Assembly (NCBI GenBank): GCA_013239625.1
Contig: MU053431.1
Location: forward strand, 1,886,485 to 1,950,484
Length of the DNA: 64,000 nucleotides
Direction: 5' to 3'
From: Lama guanicoe
Lineage: Eukaryota
Below are positions 49,935 to 62,702 of this stretch, in pieces. The notes under the pieces are model-generated. The model was not told the DNA's origin. It made no database searches and worked only from the letters and a program-made list of their open reading frames with translations. The position numbers were made by a program, and so were the translations under genes. Positions within the stretch are counted from its first letter, which is position 1. Each line of letters starts with the position of its first letter.

Positions 49935-50100
49935 GAGTTGACCCTTGAGACAAACAGGAGTTAGGCTTCAAGCCTGCACACACCTCACACCCAGGCTCTG
50001 CACGCTGTGGCCTGTGCAGCACCGCAGTGTTTACTCCTGAACAGGGCCCTGTGTAAGTGGGCCCGGGCAGCTCAAAGCCATGCCGTTCAAGGGCCAGCTG
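49935..50100. mobile_element. Tigger2-like non-autonomous DNA transposon with both TIRs
   Basis: Imperfect terminal inverted repeats gagttgacccttga ... tcaagggccagctg; subterminal aagtgggcccgggcagctcaaagcc. Confidence 0.7.
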
Positions 50101-51519
50101 CACTGCTCAGAAAACGAGAGTGAGGCCTAAGCAAGGGGGTGCGGGCACTCAGACCACGTGCGCTCCATGCAGGCAGTGTGTGACCTCCCCTCAAGTCACT
50201 GTTAATCACAGAACCTCCGGAAAGGAACTCACGCACATCCCTCGGTGCTGGCCATAAAGAGGGCAGTGTCAGATATCCACTGGGAGGGGCTCCACCGTTT
50301 ACACAAGGAACGCAAAAAGGAGATTCTGTTTCAGGAAATTTTCCTTAATGGACTTTCTGAGTCCACCAGGTATACGAGAAATCAGGTCTCTATCGGACAT
50401 GGTGCCAACAGCGCAGACTCAAGGACAACAGGGAGCTGGCCTGTCAACATTCAATCTTGGCTCCCCAAGGGCCAAATGGAAGTCACCTGGTATCATGGGA
50501 CAGGTGTATAAAAAAGGTAAAACATTAGCACTTTGCAGAAATAGAAAACAATCAGGACCTGGAACATCCAGAAAACACATACTACAAAGAACCAGTCTGT
50601 GGGCTGCCCAGGAAGGGGCCTCTACTCAATGAGGACTTACAGCGTCAACAGCAGGACCTACAAACTCCTCCGCCGAAGCCCCCACTCCAATCCCTCTCCT
50701 CCCACCATGAAGACTAACCCTACCCTCATGAAGGCCCACTTGAAGCACTGGGCGCCCTGTGTCCAAGCCCCAGTGACACAGCTCCTCAGCAAGCCATTGT
50801 GATGCTCACACATCCACACGGTCGCCGTGGGAACGAGCAGACATCCAGGGGAGGCGTCAACCTCACAACCTTTAATGTGTCCTTTCTTATCAGAGTCCAG
50901 AGTGCTACCCATTACACATAGGGCCTATTATAATGTCTTTTCTTATCAAAGCATAACTCACTTTGCTTGAAATGGCCCGAATTCAATCAAAAACTAATAA
51001 AAGACAACTCTTGGTGGAAAATCAGAAATAAATTAAAAATACATATTATTCCTACTCATTATTAAAATAAGTCTACAAGAACACAGGCAAGGAGGAAACA
51101 GCACTTAGGAAATGTGTTAGGCAGAAAGTTTCACCACAGGGTTGGGGCTGGGTCCTCTCAGGTGACATGTGGGGTGTCTATGCTGTGTTAAAAATGGCAA
51201 AATAATGGTCTAGTCATAGAGATGGCATGTGTGTATGCCAAACCCAAGTGCCAGTAAGGGCTCTAGGTTCCAGGGTACAAGGCTGCCAACACTGGATTTC
51301 AATGAAGGAGCTAGGAGGCCCTCACAAGTCCCCACTTCACTTGTCTCCAGGACTGAGAAGGCCACCTTTCTGGTATTCACTGAGTAAACTGAGAAATCTT
51401 TTTAAAGGTCCTTGATTTTATTTCCTCAAAACAGACGCCTAAAGCACCTTCTTGGAAGCGTGTTTAAGCCAGGGACTACATCACGCCAGGAAAATCATGG
51501 GACATTTGCCTGGGGTTGG

Positions 51520-51660
51520 CCCAACAGCCCAGTTAGAACTCAGCTGTGTGTTCCTGGACAAGTTCCTTACAGGTGCTTCACCTTCCTGGAGGCTAGAATG
51601 GTACCGAGCACCCTAGTGGTCGAAACGAATTAGCACTCATAAACTGCTCAGAACAGGGTC
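51520..51660 (+). mobile_element. MIR remnant
   Basis: agctgtgtgttcctggacaagttcctta...taaactgctcagaacagg. Confidence 0.45.
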
Positions 51661-52459
51661 CACCTTGGTGGAACGCCCACTGGAGGCTCTGCTTCCCCCA
51701 ACCCAACCCCTGTACCAATCTACAGCTGCCCTGAGGTTTGTGAACATACTGGGGGAAAAGTCTTACTATTCGCCTCTTCGGCTTCAAAATGCCCGACACG
51801 CTCAAATCGCGCTCCACCAGCGCGCAAAGGACACGGATGCTGCCATCTACGGCTGACCGCCAATTACAGAGCACCCTCAACCTACCTCGTGTGCTGCTGT
51901 CCCAAGGCCCCAACTCTAGGCCCACTGTCTGAGGGGTCAGATCTAGGGCGGAAAACCTGTCCTGACCCCCAGGGTCTCCCAAGCGGGCGGGGGAGCGGCA
52001 GACACCGAGCAGAGCGCGCGAAACGTGGGGCGGGAATGGCACAGCGGACGGCAGGGCCGGCACGCCTCCCGTCGAAGGTGAGAGGTGCCCCTTCCCTTTT
52101 TCAGGATGACCAGCGGGCAACACAGCACAAATCGGTTTCATGTCACACATCGAGTTGACAAGTCACGCAATAAAACCCAAAATTCTGTATTTTGCGGCTG
52201 GGCACAGTCTTAAAAAAAAAACCGAAACCGACTTTCCAAACTTCTTTTTTGCTTCCTACAGCATCGAATACCACACAACTAACGTAATGTTCGCCTTTAC
52301 AAGAGCAGTCGACTAGAAGCCTGAAATTACCTGAAAGCGAACAGAACCACACCTTATAGAAAAACGCTAAAATGAAACTTCACCTCCTGCAAGATGTCTA
52401 GAGAAACTCACCGGACTAAAGAGAGAATTCAACTCTACGTTACTCCGTTACTTGAAACA

Positions 52460-53280
52460 GAATCGCTTCCGCGCCCAAGCAGCCAGACTCGGAACTCCCA
52501 GGAAAAAGCGCTTCCCTCCCCCTCTCCGGTCGCGCGCCGCCGCCGCGGGGCACCGGGCCGCGCTGTGCCCGCGCTCCCTTCGGTCCGTCCAGGCTGAGAC
52601 GCGACGGCGAGCACCGCCCTTTGCGGCCCGNNNNNNNNNNNNNNNNNNNNNNNNNNNNNNNNNNNNNNNNNNNNNNNNNNNNNNNNNNNNNNNNNNNNNN
52701 NNNNNNNNNNNNNNNNNNNNNCTCGGCGGAGCGCGGCCCGGCGCGGCCCCTGCGGCTCCGGGCGGGCTCGGTCCGGGCGCCGCCGCCCCCGCCCGTCCGG
52801 ATGCGGCCCCGCGGCGGCCGGCCCCTCCGCCCCGGCCGCCACTCACCGCGGGCAGCAGGCCTCTAGAGTTTCGCAGCCATTCCCTCGAAGCGCCGCGGAG
52901 CGAGGGGACAGGAGAGCGGGCGGGCGGGCACGGCGCCGGCACCGAGATGCGGGGCTAGAAGAGCCGCCCGCGCTGCGAGCGGAGGGAAGACGTCGGCCAC
53001 CGAGACGTGGAGCTAGATGGGCCGGCCGCGCGCCGCGCAGCGCCCCCTCACGGCGGGCGGAGGAAGGAGACTGGCCCAGGCCCCGCCCCTGCCCTGCGCC
53101 GCGCGCCCCTGTGGGTCCGGCCACCCCGAGGGAGCGCACAGTGCCTGGGCTTCCGTTGGCTGGTCGCCCTGGGCCCACTTAGTGGCAGAAGGGGCCGGGA
53201 GGAAGATAGGAGCAAGGCACAGCGCTCCTTTCCCACCAGACCGCGGTCGAGCCGGGCCTCCGCAGAAGCACGGCTACAAA
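52460..53280. promoter_or_regulatory. DIDO1: CpG island: proximal (internal) DIDO1 promoter
   Basis: CpG-dense, GC box at 53081-53089, N-gap 52631-52721; contains a first exon. Confidence 0.85.
52847..52980 (-). other. DIDO1: DIDO1 alternative first exon (proximal, non-coding; 5' end approximate)
   Basis: ...TCCGCGGCGCTTCGAGGGAATGGCTGCGAAACTCTAGAGGCCTGC...CGG|gtgagt donor at 52846; similar to the human DIDO1 leader as recalled. Confidence 0.75.
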
Positions 53281-53671
53281 GAGGTGAGCTCACACAACTG
53301 GGCACACTGGGCCACCAGGGTTGCAAGGAAAGGGCTATGATAACCCTCCCCCTGGATTTTCTTCACTTAGTGCTGACGAGTGACACCCCAGCACCTGCCT
53401 GCCCCCAAATACTCAGCAAATGGACCTCAGAGGGGAATCACCTGCTTCCTTGGGACACTACAGACACCAGCCCTGAGAACACTAACTCCTTGACCAAGGG
53501 CTGGCCTCTGTCCCCATCACTGCCTCTACAGCTCCCTGCTCTCACGTTCCTTAGAAGCAGGAACCCTGGGCAAAAAGCAGAAAACTGCCCTGTGTGCAGT
53601 AAAGCTGCACTCCCGCCCTGCCAGCTGCTTCCACGCAGGAGAACCAGGGCCTGGGAGCAGGTGTGTGTGAG

Positions 53672-54119
53672 TGAAAAAGATTGCAGCCGTATCAGTAAAC
53701 AAAGAATGCTGAGGCCGTGGAGTCATCAGCCGCTACTGCCACCCCCACCCCTCCACCTCCCGCCCCAGTGAGCTGGAGGGAACTCAGGATGTGAAAGAAC
53801 AGCATACAGGCCCTGGACAGCTAGGTGCACATCAAAGGAATGATTTCAAGGAGCCCATACCTTTGCACCTTCCCATACATAGAGAAAAGTGATAAATTCC
53901 TTAACTGGAGGTGTCTGGTTTTCTTTGATTAACAGTAATCTTTTGATGCTCTGACTACCTGGGGGTCTTTGTTGGAAAGACTCATATATCCTGGCTTCTA
54001 CCTTGCTGCTTTGGAACAGCCTTTTAGAGTGATCTGAGATGCTGAGTCCTGGGCTTGAGTCCTAAGAAAATCTACTGAATAAAACGTAGCTCTCAGCTTT
54101 CAGGCTGTGCTTTTAGACA
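53672..54119 (+). mobile_element. ERV-type solo LTR (cetartiodactyl-like)
   Basis: AT-richer block with LTR layout: TG start, TATA-like motif at 53985, AATAAA at 54078-54083, ends ...agaCA. No clear TSD seen. Confidence 0.6.
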
Positions 54120-57100
54120 AACATCTTGAAGACCCCATAGCCTGCTAGGTTCTGAGAGACTCTCCTTCAAAGGAACATAGTACGGCTTGTCTCTGCTGGT
54201 GGGATTCCATGAGGACCACCTTCATCAAATCTTGCAGGGATGAATACTGCTCTTCCACCTTGACTGTCTTCAGGTTTGCCCCAGATAGGTGTAGTGAGAA
54301 GTCTAGAAACCAGACAGAAGTAGCTGAAACCGGCTTGAACAAGCAGTGTGATCTCGGGCAAGTGGTCTGTAAAATGGGACTCACATGCTGGGCCGTAGGG
54401 GAAAGCTCACATGGGGACCCCCTGCAAAGGGCTCCGTAAATGGGAGCTGGAGTGAGGACACCCCACTCAGCCCCTTCAGCTGAAAATCCTTCAAAGAAGC
54501 GAAACCAGTAGCAATGCCCTTCTGCAAAGTGAGATTTTCACTGAGATGCGGCTCCAGGTGGGTGCTCGGAGGGATGAAAGGCACCAAAGGCAGAGCTGCC
54601 GGGAGGAGGAAGCAGGAGACAGCTCGGGGTGGAAAAGCAAGTGGGCAGAAGGGAAAGGAGCTGCAGGAAGCCCCACCTGCAGTCATTACAGCACTCAGTG
54701 ACCCTCAGGATGGCTCTTACGCAGTAAAAGGAAATTGCTCACCCCCTCAACAACTGTGCCTCCCGCTTGCAACCTCTCAGCAGCAGCTGGCTCTGACCCT
54801 GGGCCTGCGGGCTGAGGGGTCCCTGCCACCCTCTCACTACTCCGGCCTCCTCGGCCTCCTCAGGTAATTCCAGTTCACCTGTCTGCACTCCTCACGGGAG
54901 CCACTCTCACTTGCTGAAAAAGGCATTTCTGGAAGCGCAGTTTGGGTACATTTCACCTGAACTCAACTAGCTAAGAAATATTCCCTCCTAATAAACTTAC
55001 TTTTCATAGCTGAACTCAGAGGAGCAAACAGACTAAAAAGGAGTCTCTGGTTGTCTCAGATTCTTTCCTAAATACACCAGGTGTGCAAGCCAAATCCCAA
55101 AGGTCAGAGGGCTGCCAACAGGAGGGAGCAGGAAGCCGCACAGGCTTCCACCCTCGGGGATTTCAGTCTCTGACAAAAGCGCGTCACCAGCAGGTGTAGA
55201 CACCAGGTCCCGCTGCCCCACCTCACAGACACATTTGGGAACTTTATCAAAGCGGAAAAGCACATCAGGAAACTCAGCGATCCCTTTAAAAAACTGCCTT
55301 CCTGTGTTCAGCCTCCTCTCCTTGAGTTAAAGCCCATTGGAAAGCAGGGTCCTGAGCAGAGCACCTGACCCAACGAGAAACCCCCGAAGCAGGGCGCCCG
55401 CTCCTGGAGGCCTGAGAGGTGAGGCAGGACCCAACAGGCTCCACCCTTTGCAGGGACAATGTAAAACCTTTATTGTTCCTCTCATTTGGAATTCAAAGGC
55501 AGGCAGGCAGGCAGAGAAGTGGCCTGCTGGTCAAGGTCGAGGGTGGGTCTGATGCCTGGCCCCGGACAAGGTCCCTAGGGAACCTGGACCCAAACTCAGA
55601 CCCAGGCCAGAGGTGGAGGGGAGAGGCAGAGCAGGAGAGACAAGAGGGGGAGGGGAGGCCAAGGGGCAAGGTCAACGTCGGACCCTCTCAGCTCCTCCTC
55701 CCTGGCCTCTGCCAGCAGTTTGGAGGAAAACCACAGGATTCTTCCAGAATGGCTACTGCAGGGGCCCCGACCTAGTGGTCAGGGGCTGCAGGGTTCCTGG
55801 CGTCCCTGAGGCCAGAGAACCACAGGCTGTGGGCTCACCAGGCTGGAGCCACCCTCTCAGGACAACCGGCTGTCCCCTCAGCTTTGCTCTTGCCCTGTTT
55901 CAGGGCCCCAGGGTGCCGGGCGCCCAGAGGCTGCACTCCTAACCATCAAGGTGAACGAAAGGATTATCACACAATACACCCCCCATCACTCCCTGGGGAC
56001 AGAATGCAGGTTCCCAACACAGATAAACCTCGTGTTTTTTTATTATCACTAACACAAGCATCAACCACTGTATCTTCTTTTTCTTTTTCTGAGCAATGAA
56101 TGAATTGGCATCACTCTTACACTACGTACAGCCAGCTAGCAGCCAACTGGAGGTGCGTCCACACGCACAGTCCTGTCATTTGACCAGTGCTGAAAGGTCT
56201 CGCCATAAGCTGGAGACCACCCCAAGCAGAGCAGAGCTAAGTTCCAGGCTTTGGCCCCTCGCTAAGGAAAGTGTGAAGCCGAAACTGGCTGCTGCTCTCG
56301 GAAGCTGCTTTCAAGTTAGAGAACCCCCACCCCAGGGCCCTTGGTGCCCCACTCCCCTCTGCAGGACCACCCCGCATACCTGCATTTCTGCAGGATTAAA
56401 TAAAAAACATCTCTTGACCTGTGTTTACCCTAACAAAACCCACTGCCGCAGGAAACAGCCTGCCTCCCAACACCCTAGGTAGACAAGTCTCCGTCCTGTC
56501 CTTACCGGTCAGGAAGCCTGTTACAGGTCTCACAACCAGTCAGACACCTGTGCATGTCTGACCACACCGCCCCCACTCCCCGTGTGCACAGCCCCCTCCT
56601 CCAATGACAGACCCTGCCCGCCTGCCCTCGCGGCTCACCCAGGCCCCTCTCGTCTGCGGGGCCCGCTGCTGTCTTTGGCAGTGTAACCTAGCAACTCCTT
56701 TCCTGTTCTCCTTTGCCTTTGGTAAAGTCACCGGCCCAGCAGTGCTGCCCACGAAGGGAGACAGGTCCCCATTCCTAAGCAGACCTTTGTTTGTCCACCA
56801 CCAGGGCCATCCCACACCTGTGCGTCACTGCTGGAAAGGCAACTTCGTGGACTACGTGGATCCTGCTGGGCGCTGCTCTGAGGCAGGGCAGGGGGACTAA
56901 CAGGCAGGATGGAAAAGGGGCCACCAAACAAACAAAAAACAAAAAAGTGGGGGGGGGAGTGAAAATTAGGAGTTAACCTTTGTATCCAACCCCAAAGACC
57001 TACTGAAAGTCAGCTGTGGAACGTGACGGGCTCCTTAGTCAAAGGAGCAAATGAGAACCATACTAATCTTCTGTCTTTTATACAAAAGAATACATAAACG

Positions 57101-58528
57101 GGAAAATGCGAAAGATTAGGAAAGGGAACAGGGTGGGAGGAGGGGGTCACCCCAGGCACGCTGTGCCCAGCAACCCTCTACACGGATGCTGCAGCTGGCC
57201 CTGCGGACGGAGTGCCACCGCTCGCCAGCAGCAGCAGAGCCTGGCCCTGTGACCGGCGGGAGTGGAGCGGCAGCGCTGTGGCTCCGAGGCCGCCCCACCT
57301 CTGGGAGGCCCGGATCGACGGCAAGAAGCGGGGCTAGATGCGTCCTTCCCATGTCCACCGCTTCCCAGAGCCCTTCAGACAGAAACACAAATCCAAGGAG
57401 CCGCCTCTCCTGTAAGAAAGCCCCGGTCTGTCACCTACACCAGAGGGACCACCCTCACGGAGCACAGTGTGTCACTCATGCCTCTTAGGATGGTCCTGCT
57501 ACTCTGAGACGTCTTCTGTCCCCTGTGAGTTTAGTGAAAAAAGTAAATGCAGTTAATTTCAGAAGAAATTTTAACACATATAAGGCATAATAATTGTATT
57601 TCCTTTCTAGTTGACTTCATCTCCTAACCATCTCCAAAAGAACACACCAAATAAAAAGGGCAGGAAAATCAATGCCTTCACAGCTTTTGACAGAAAAGCA
57701 GTTGAGGAGAAACATAGTTGTGCCTGAACACACCGTTCACCTGCACACGCTCCTCACAGAGCGGTGCCAGGACGAGGGCGAGTCCCGCAGACCTGTCCCC
57801 ATTCCGAGGCCAGCTGGGAGCAGGGGCCGCGGGGCCCCAGGGGCAGGGGGCAGTTACAACCGTACCAGCTACAATTTAATAGATTATTTTTTCCAAAATG
57901 AAATACTTGAAAAGTAAGAGACTGCTGAAAGTCAGGTCTAATGGTAGCTTTCTGGATTTGTCCAAAATAGAAAAAAACGTAACGTATAAATTCCTGTTCT
58001 TGCCTGACTCATAAAAACAAAATGGCGAAAGTGAGGAAGAACGCATCCGAAGGAACTGCCAACAAGGACAGCAGAGGCTGAGCGACCAGGAGCTTCCACA
58101 GGGCGCCCAAAAGCCTCTACTCCGGACCTCAGCAAAACCAACGCCCAGAAAACACCCTTCCAATGCCAAAACAGTCTTGAGGTCCCATCTGGACCACGTG
58201 CTTCTCAACTGCAGAAATCCAAGGAGAAACAAGAGCTCCCAAACCTGTCCACAGAAGGCAGGAGCCCAAGAAAGCTGCCCTTTCTGATGGTACAGAGGAA
58301 TGCAAAATCCTGGGAGCTGGTCAGACAGACAGAAGTTCCTCTTGTTCCAACGGAAAGTAAAAGCACTTAGAGAGTAAACATAAGGTTTTAAAGTTAAAAA
58401 CGCAAAAACAAAATTTTGAGAGTGTGTTTTTAAAAAGGAACATGTGGTTACCAATTGAAAAGGATGCCTCATTTTCACTCAACGCTTCTACCTCCCAAAT
58501 TGACATCTGATCAGAATAGCCAGGCTCT

Positions 58529-58555
58529 GAAAAAAAAAAAAAAAAAAAAAAAAAA
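58529..58555 (+). repeat. Poly(A) tract (~27 nt)
   Basis: Direct reading. Confidence 0.9.
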
Positions 58556-59599
58556 TTCAAAGCACACACAGTCACACAGCTACACAGTACGGGCTCTTTG
58601 TTTATGTGTGAGCACATCTGTCTGTACCTGCGTCTACAGCAACATACGTGTCAGGTCCCCACCAGCCAGGCCTGAAGGGAACCACCACCTCAACAGGAAG
58701 TGGTTGCGAACAGCGCACTGACTGGGCCCGGGACGGCCAGGCAGGTCTGCTGCCTGTGCTCCCCCGGCCGGCCCCCACACTACCCCACTTTATGTCGCAA
58801 CTTCTGCGGGAGTTGAAAGATCAAGACAAACATCACTCTTGCTTTTACCCATCCGAAGAAACCTGTGACACACCAGCGCGTCCTGACTTTGCGGTAGAGC
58901 CTAGAAAGGCAAGGGGGGCGGGGGAGGGAGACTGTCTCCAACCCCACTGCACGGGCTTCGCAGGCCAAGACTCATGGCATCTGAATATACGCGGCAGAAC
59001 TAAATAGTAATAAAAGTCTCCCTACTCCCTTTAACATCTTCACGCAGAATTTCAAGACAGAATATTGTGAAAAACTAAGGCTATGGAAATTGGCTTTTTG
59101 GAGTTTATTGCCTACTCGTGGTAATGATTCTGAGCAGTTTATACATTAACCCCAAGAATCAGGTTTGATTTTGCCAAAACTCCCCTTGAAAGCAGGGCTC
59201 CAATGGGTATGGGTTTGATTTTATGCTTTTGGGGTTTGAAAGATAGAAACACCACCCCAAATACTGTGGCTCTGTGAAACACGGCTGGTAGCCTGCTTGT
59301 TGAGCAGTCCAGGATTTGTTTAAAAGAAGCACTGTGTATTTTATTCTCAAAATGCATTCCCGTTTTAAAAAACTCTTTTATGCTCTTTTAAAACTAATAA
59401 GCCTTTAACATCTCTCTTTACAGAACTGCTAACTTGTGAATCACTATGTTGTTCACCAGAAACTCATATAATATTGTACCTCAAACTATACCTCAAATAA
59501 AAAATAAGAGAGAAAAACGTGCTAATCTGTCAAGATGAAACTCCCCCTGGGCTTGGAGAACAGCAGAAGCTCTGGCCGTCTGGCTGCTCCCCCTGCCCC

Positions 59600-60680
59600 A
59601 GGCCCACCTCGTTCCCTTCCAGAAGCCAGTTCACGACCCCACAGGCTGAAATCTTGTCAACCTGCTCACTGTTCCAGATGAAGAGCGACACATGCCCCAA
59701 ACCCCTCGCTGTGCGCTGGGGTCTTCAGGGCTCGGGCCCAGGGTCCTCCTGCACTCGTGCTGTGCTCGCCTCTACCACCTTTCCACCTGCTCCCCTAACC
59801 TCCCCACTCAATGCCTCAAATGCACCTGGAAACCTGACATGCAAAAGGAGCTCTTGACTGCTGAACCTCCCCATCCATCCAGGCCTCCTCTAGCCATGGT
59901 CCCACCCTGTAAACCCAACTGCCCCCAGATATTCCCCTTGACACGCCCCCCTCTGCCTCAGCCACCAGCTCCTGTGCTTCAGTGCTGCCTGTAATCATCC
60001 CAGCCGCTGACTCCTCCCACGGCGGCCGCTAGCCCAGTCACAGCCTGGTCCCCTCTGTCAGGCACCTCGCCCCTCTGGGCTCACCGCCCTATGATGACCA
60101 GACACTGACCAAGTTCACCAGGTGCCCCGCCTGCTGGCCCCAACACTGCTGATCACATCTGCTAGAAACTGCCCCGGGGCTTCCCCGGTGGATCCCCTCA
60201 GTGGATTCTGGACCTGGTCCACTTCTCCTCTCAACGGACTTTCTTTGAGTGCTCATCAACCCTCACAAGGTGTTACCACAAAACCTTCACTCCCAGCCTC
60301 ACCTTTCCCACCAGCTTTAGACAGTCCCACAGGTGCCTCAAACTCCAAGAGGCCGACCTGAACTCTTCCCCGTTCCTCTCCCTCCTCTCCCTCCTCATCC
60401 TCATGGTTCTTCTGCCATTGGTGCCACCACTGCGACCTCGCCAACCAGGCTGCACCATTGAGCTCATCTTCCACTTCTTTCTCTTCTGTTGCCCTACAAA
60501 CTGTCAGCCCACCAAGGGTTCCCCCTTCGTCCATTTCTGCTGAAACTGCTTCTAGTCAAGTCCCCATCACCACTCAGTCATCTACTCCTCCATCTTCTCA
60601 ACAAGTGTCTGTGGAACTCCTGCCACGTCCCAGATCTCCACGTCTGGGGTGAGCTGTGCCACACTGTTCGGCATCAGGGA
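59600..60680. mobile_element. L2 LINE remnants
   Basis: C/T-rich L2-like segments (gtcccacaggtgcctcaaactc, ttggtgccaccac, cttctcaacaagtgtctgtggaactcctgc). Confidence 0.55.
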
Positions 60681-62112
60681 CATAACGGGCTGCGAAAGGG
60701 CAGTTTACGGGACCACGTGAGCAAAAGGAGAGGCACTACCTCCTGCTTCGTCAGGGAAGGTCTCCCCGCTCCTGGGAGTTAGCCCAGGCAGTGCTGCGAA
60801 CCCAGAGGGGAGAGAATCTGAGACCTGGGTTGGAGAGAGAAAGGGTAGGAGCGATGAGGCTCTCAGCCGTGCTCACTTTGGGAGGGTGTCCTCCGACGGG
60901 TGTGAAGAGGGCAGGGACCGGGAGAGATCACCCTGCCTGCTGGGTGGGTTTCAGAAAGGAGCTGGCAGGACCCCTGGGAGGGGCAACTCAAGAAGCAGAG
61001 AGGACAGCCTCAACGTTTTCAGGGAGGAGCTGGGAACAAAACAGCAGCCAGTCTCCAGACAGGATTAAGGATGGGCAGGACCAGGTGACTAGCGGCTTTC
61101 TGGGGGAGAGGCCTCAACCTCCGACCCGCAGAGAAGGCACAGCCGCAGCCCCTTCAGACGCAAGCATTCTAGCGCCTTAGGGCACCGGAACTGTGCTTTC
61201 TGCTCGCTCGCCCTTGAAAAGAATTTTTAAAATCTGCACCTCCACGGGCACTATGAAGTTGGCATCTAAAGTTGTTTATGGGATTAAGTCCTTGAACAGG
61301 ATGTTACAGACAAGTACCACACTGGCATCTGCATTTTAAGTAGATTTGTGCCCAAACTTTGGACCTGCAGATTTAACTCACTCCACTAACGGAAAATGTC
61401 GGTAATCAGTCGTCATTGTCAAACCCATTTGCCGAGTTGCACTTAACTTTCTGCCGGAAGTCCACCACCACTTTCACGTTATTTAGTTCGCTTTTGAGCA
61501 ATCACAGGAAGCCATCTAACCCCTGACTTCCAATTCAGGAGGACGTCGGATTTCATCCGATAAAGGGCTCAATTTCCTGCCTGAAAAGCTCTAAAATCTT
61601 TTAACTCTACTCTCCAGTAGCAGGAAAACGAGACCCTGCTCTGAGTCTGCATTCCACTCCAGCAAACGGACAATAAGAACCATGTGAAAGCACAAATGTG
61701 TATTTCTGCGCCTCTGCGGCCGCACGCAGCACCTCGGGGCCCCGCGCATAAGGCTGCAGCCCCTGCCCAACGCCGGCGCGGCTTAGGAACCACGGGCGGA
61801 AAGACCACCGGGCCCTGGGCCGCGGGGAGCTCGCGCGGGAAGGACCACCGGGCTCCCGGCGGGGGGCTCCCCGAGGGCAGGCCCGTCCCTGTTGAGTCAT
61901 CTGACAGCGAGCGAAGGCGCGTTCTGCGACCCGGTCGCGTAGCCACGGAGCCGCCCCAACGATCGGAACCGAGAGCTCCGGCCCGCCGCTCCCGGGCGGA
62001 TCCTCCCAGGCTTTTGCGCGAAGGCAGGCGCTGGGTCGGGAGGGACCCCGCCTCGGGGCTGCGCGGAGCACCGGCGCCTGACCCCGCACGCGCCCCCTGC
62101 CCTCAGACTCAC

Positions 62113-62260
62113 ACAAACGACAGAAAGGACGCTGGGACCTCCGCCTCCGACTCAGTCCAGATGTCGCCGTCCTGGCGCGAAGTTCCCCCACAATGACGCC
62201 TCCACGGCAGCCATCTTACCCAGAGGCGGACGACGCCTTTTGACTCTCGCGCCAATCCGT
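62113..62260 (-). other. DIDO1: DIDO1 distal first exon (non-coding; 5' end approximate)
   Basis: AAGATGGCTGCCGTGGAGGCG...CCTTTCTGTCGTTTGT|gtgagt donor at 62112, within the CpG island. Confidence 0.7.
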
Positions 62261-62399
62261 AGAGCGAGGGCGCCGCGAGGGGAGTTCTGCGCAAGGACGG
62301 AAGCTAGGGTTCCGCGCTTCCGGGCGGCCGCCGCGCCCCGCCCCCTCGTGGGGGCACTTGATTGGCTGCCGGCTTGCGATCTCACGATCTCGCGGGAAG

Positions 62400-62702
62400 T
62401 GGCTGAGGGGGCGGCCGCCGGTGCGTCTGCCCTCCCGTTCCCCGCCCCCGCCCCCGCCTCTGCCGCGGCCCCCGCCGCCGCCTCCCCCTCCCCGNNNNNN
62501 NNNNNNNNNNNNNNNNNNNNNNNNNNNNNNNNNNNNNNNNNNNNNNNNNNNNNNNNNNNNNNNNNNNNNNNNNNNNNNNNNNNNNNNNNNNNNNNNNNNN
62601 NNNNNNNNNNNNNNNNNNNNNNNNNNNNNNNNNNNNNNNNNNNNNNNNNNNNNNNNNNNNNNNNNNNNNNNNNNNNNNNNNNNNNNNNNNNNNNNNNNNN
62701 NN
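62400..62702 (+). other. GID8: Probable non-coding first exon of GID8, largely hidden in N-gap 62495-62702
   Basis: Inferred from conserved head-to-head synteny with DIDO1; no GID8 coding sequence is visible in the window. Confidence 0.45.
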
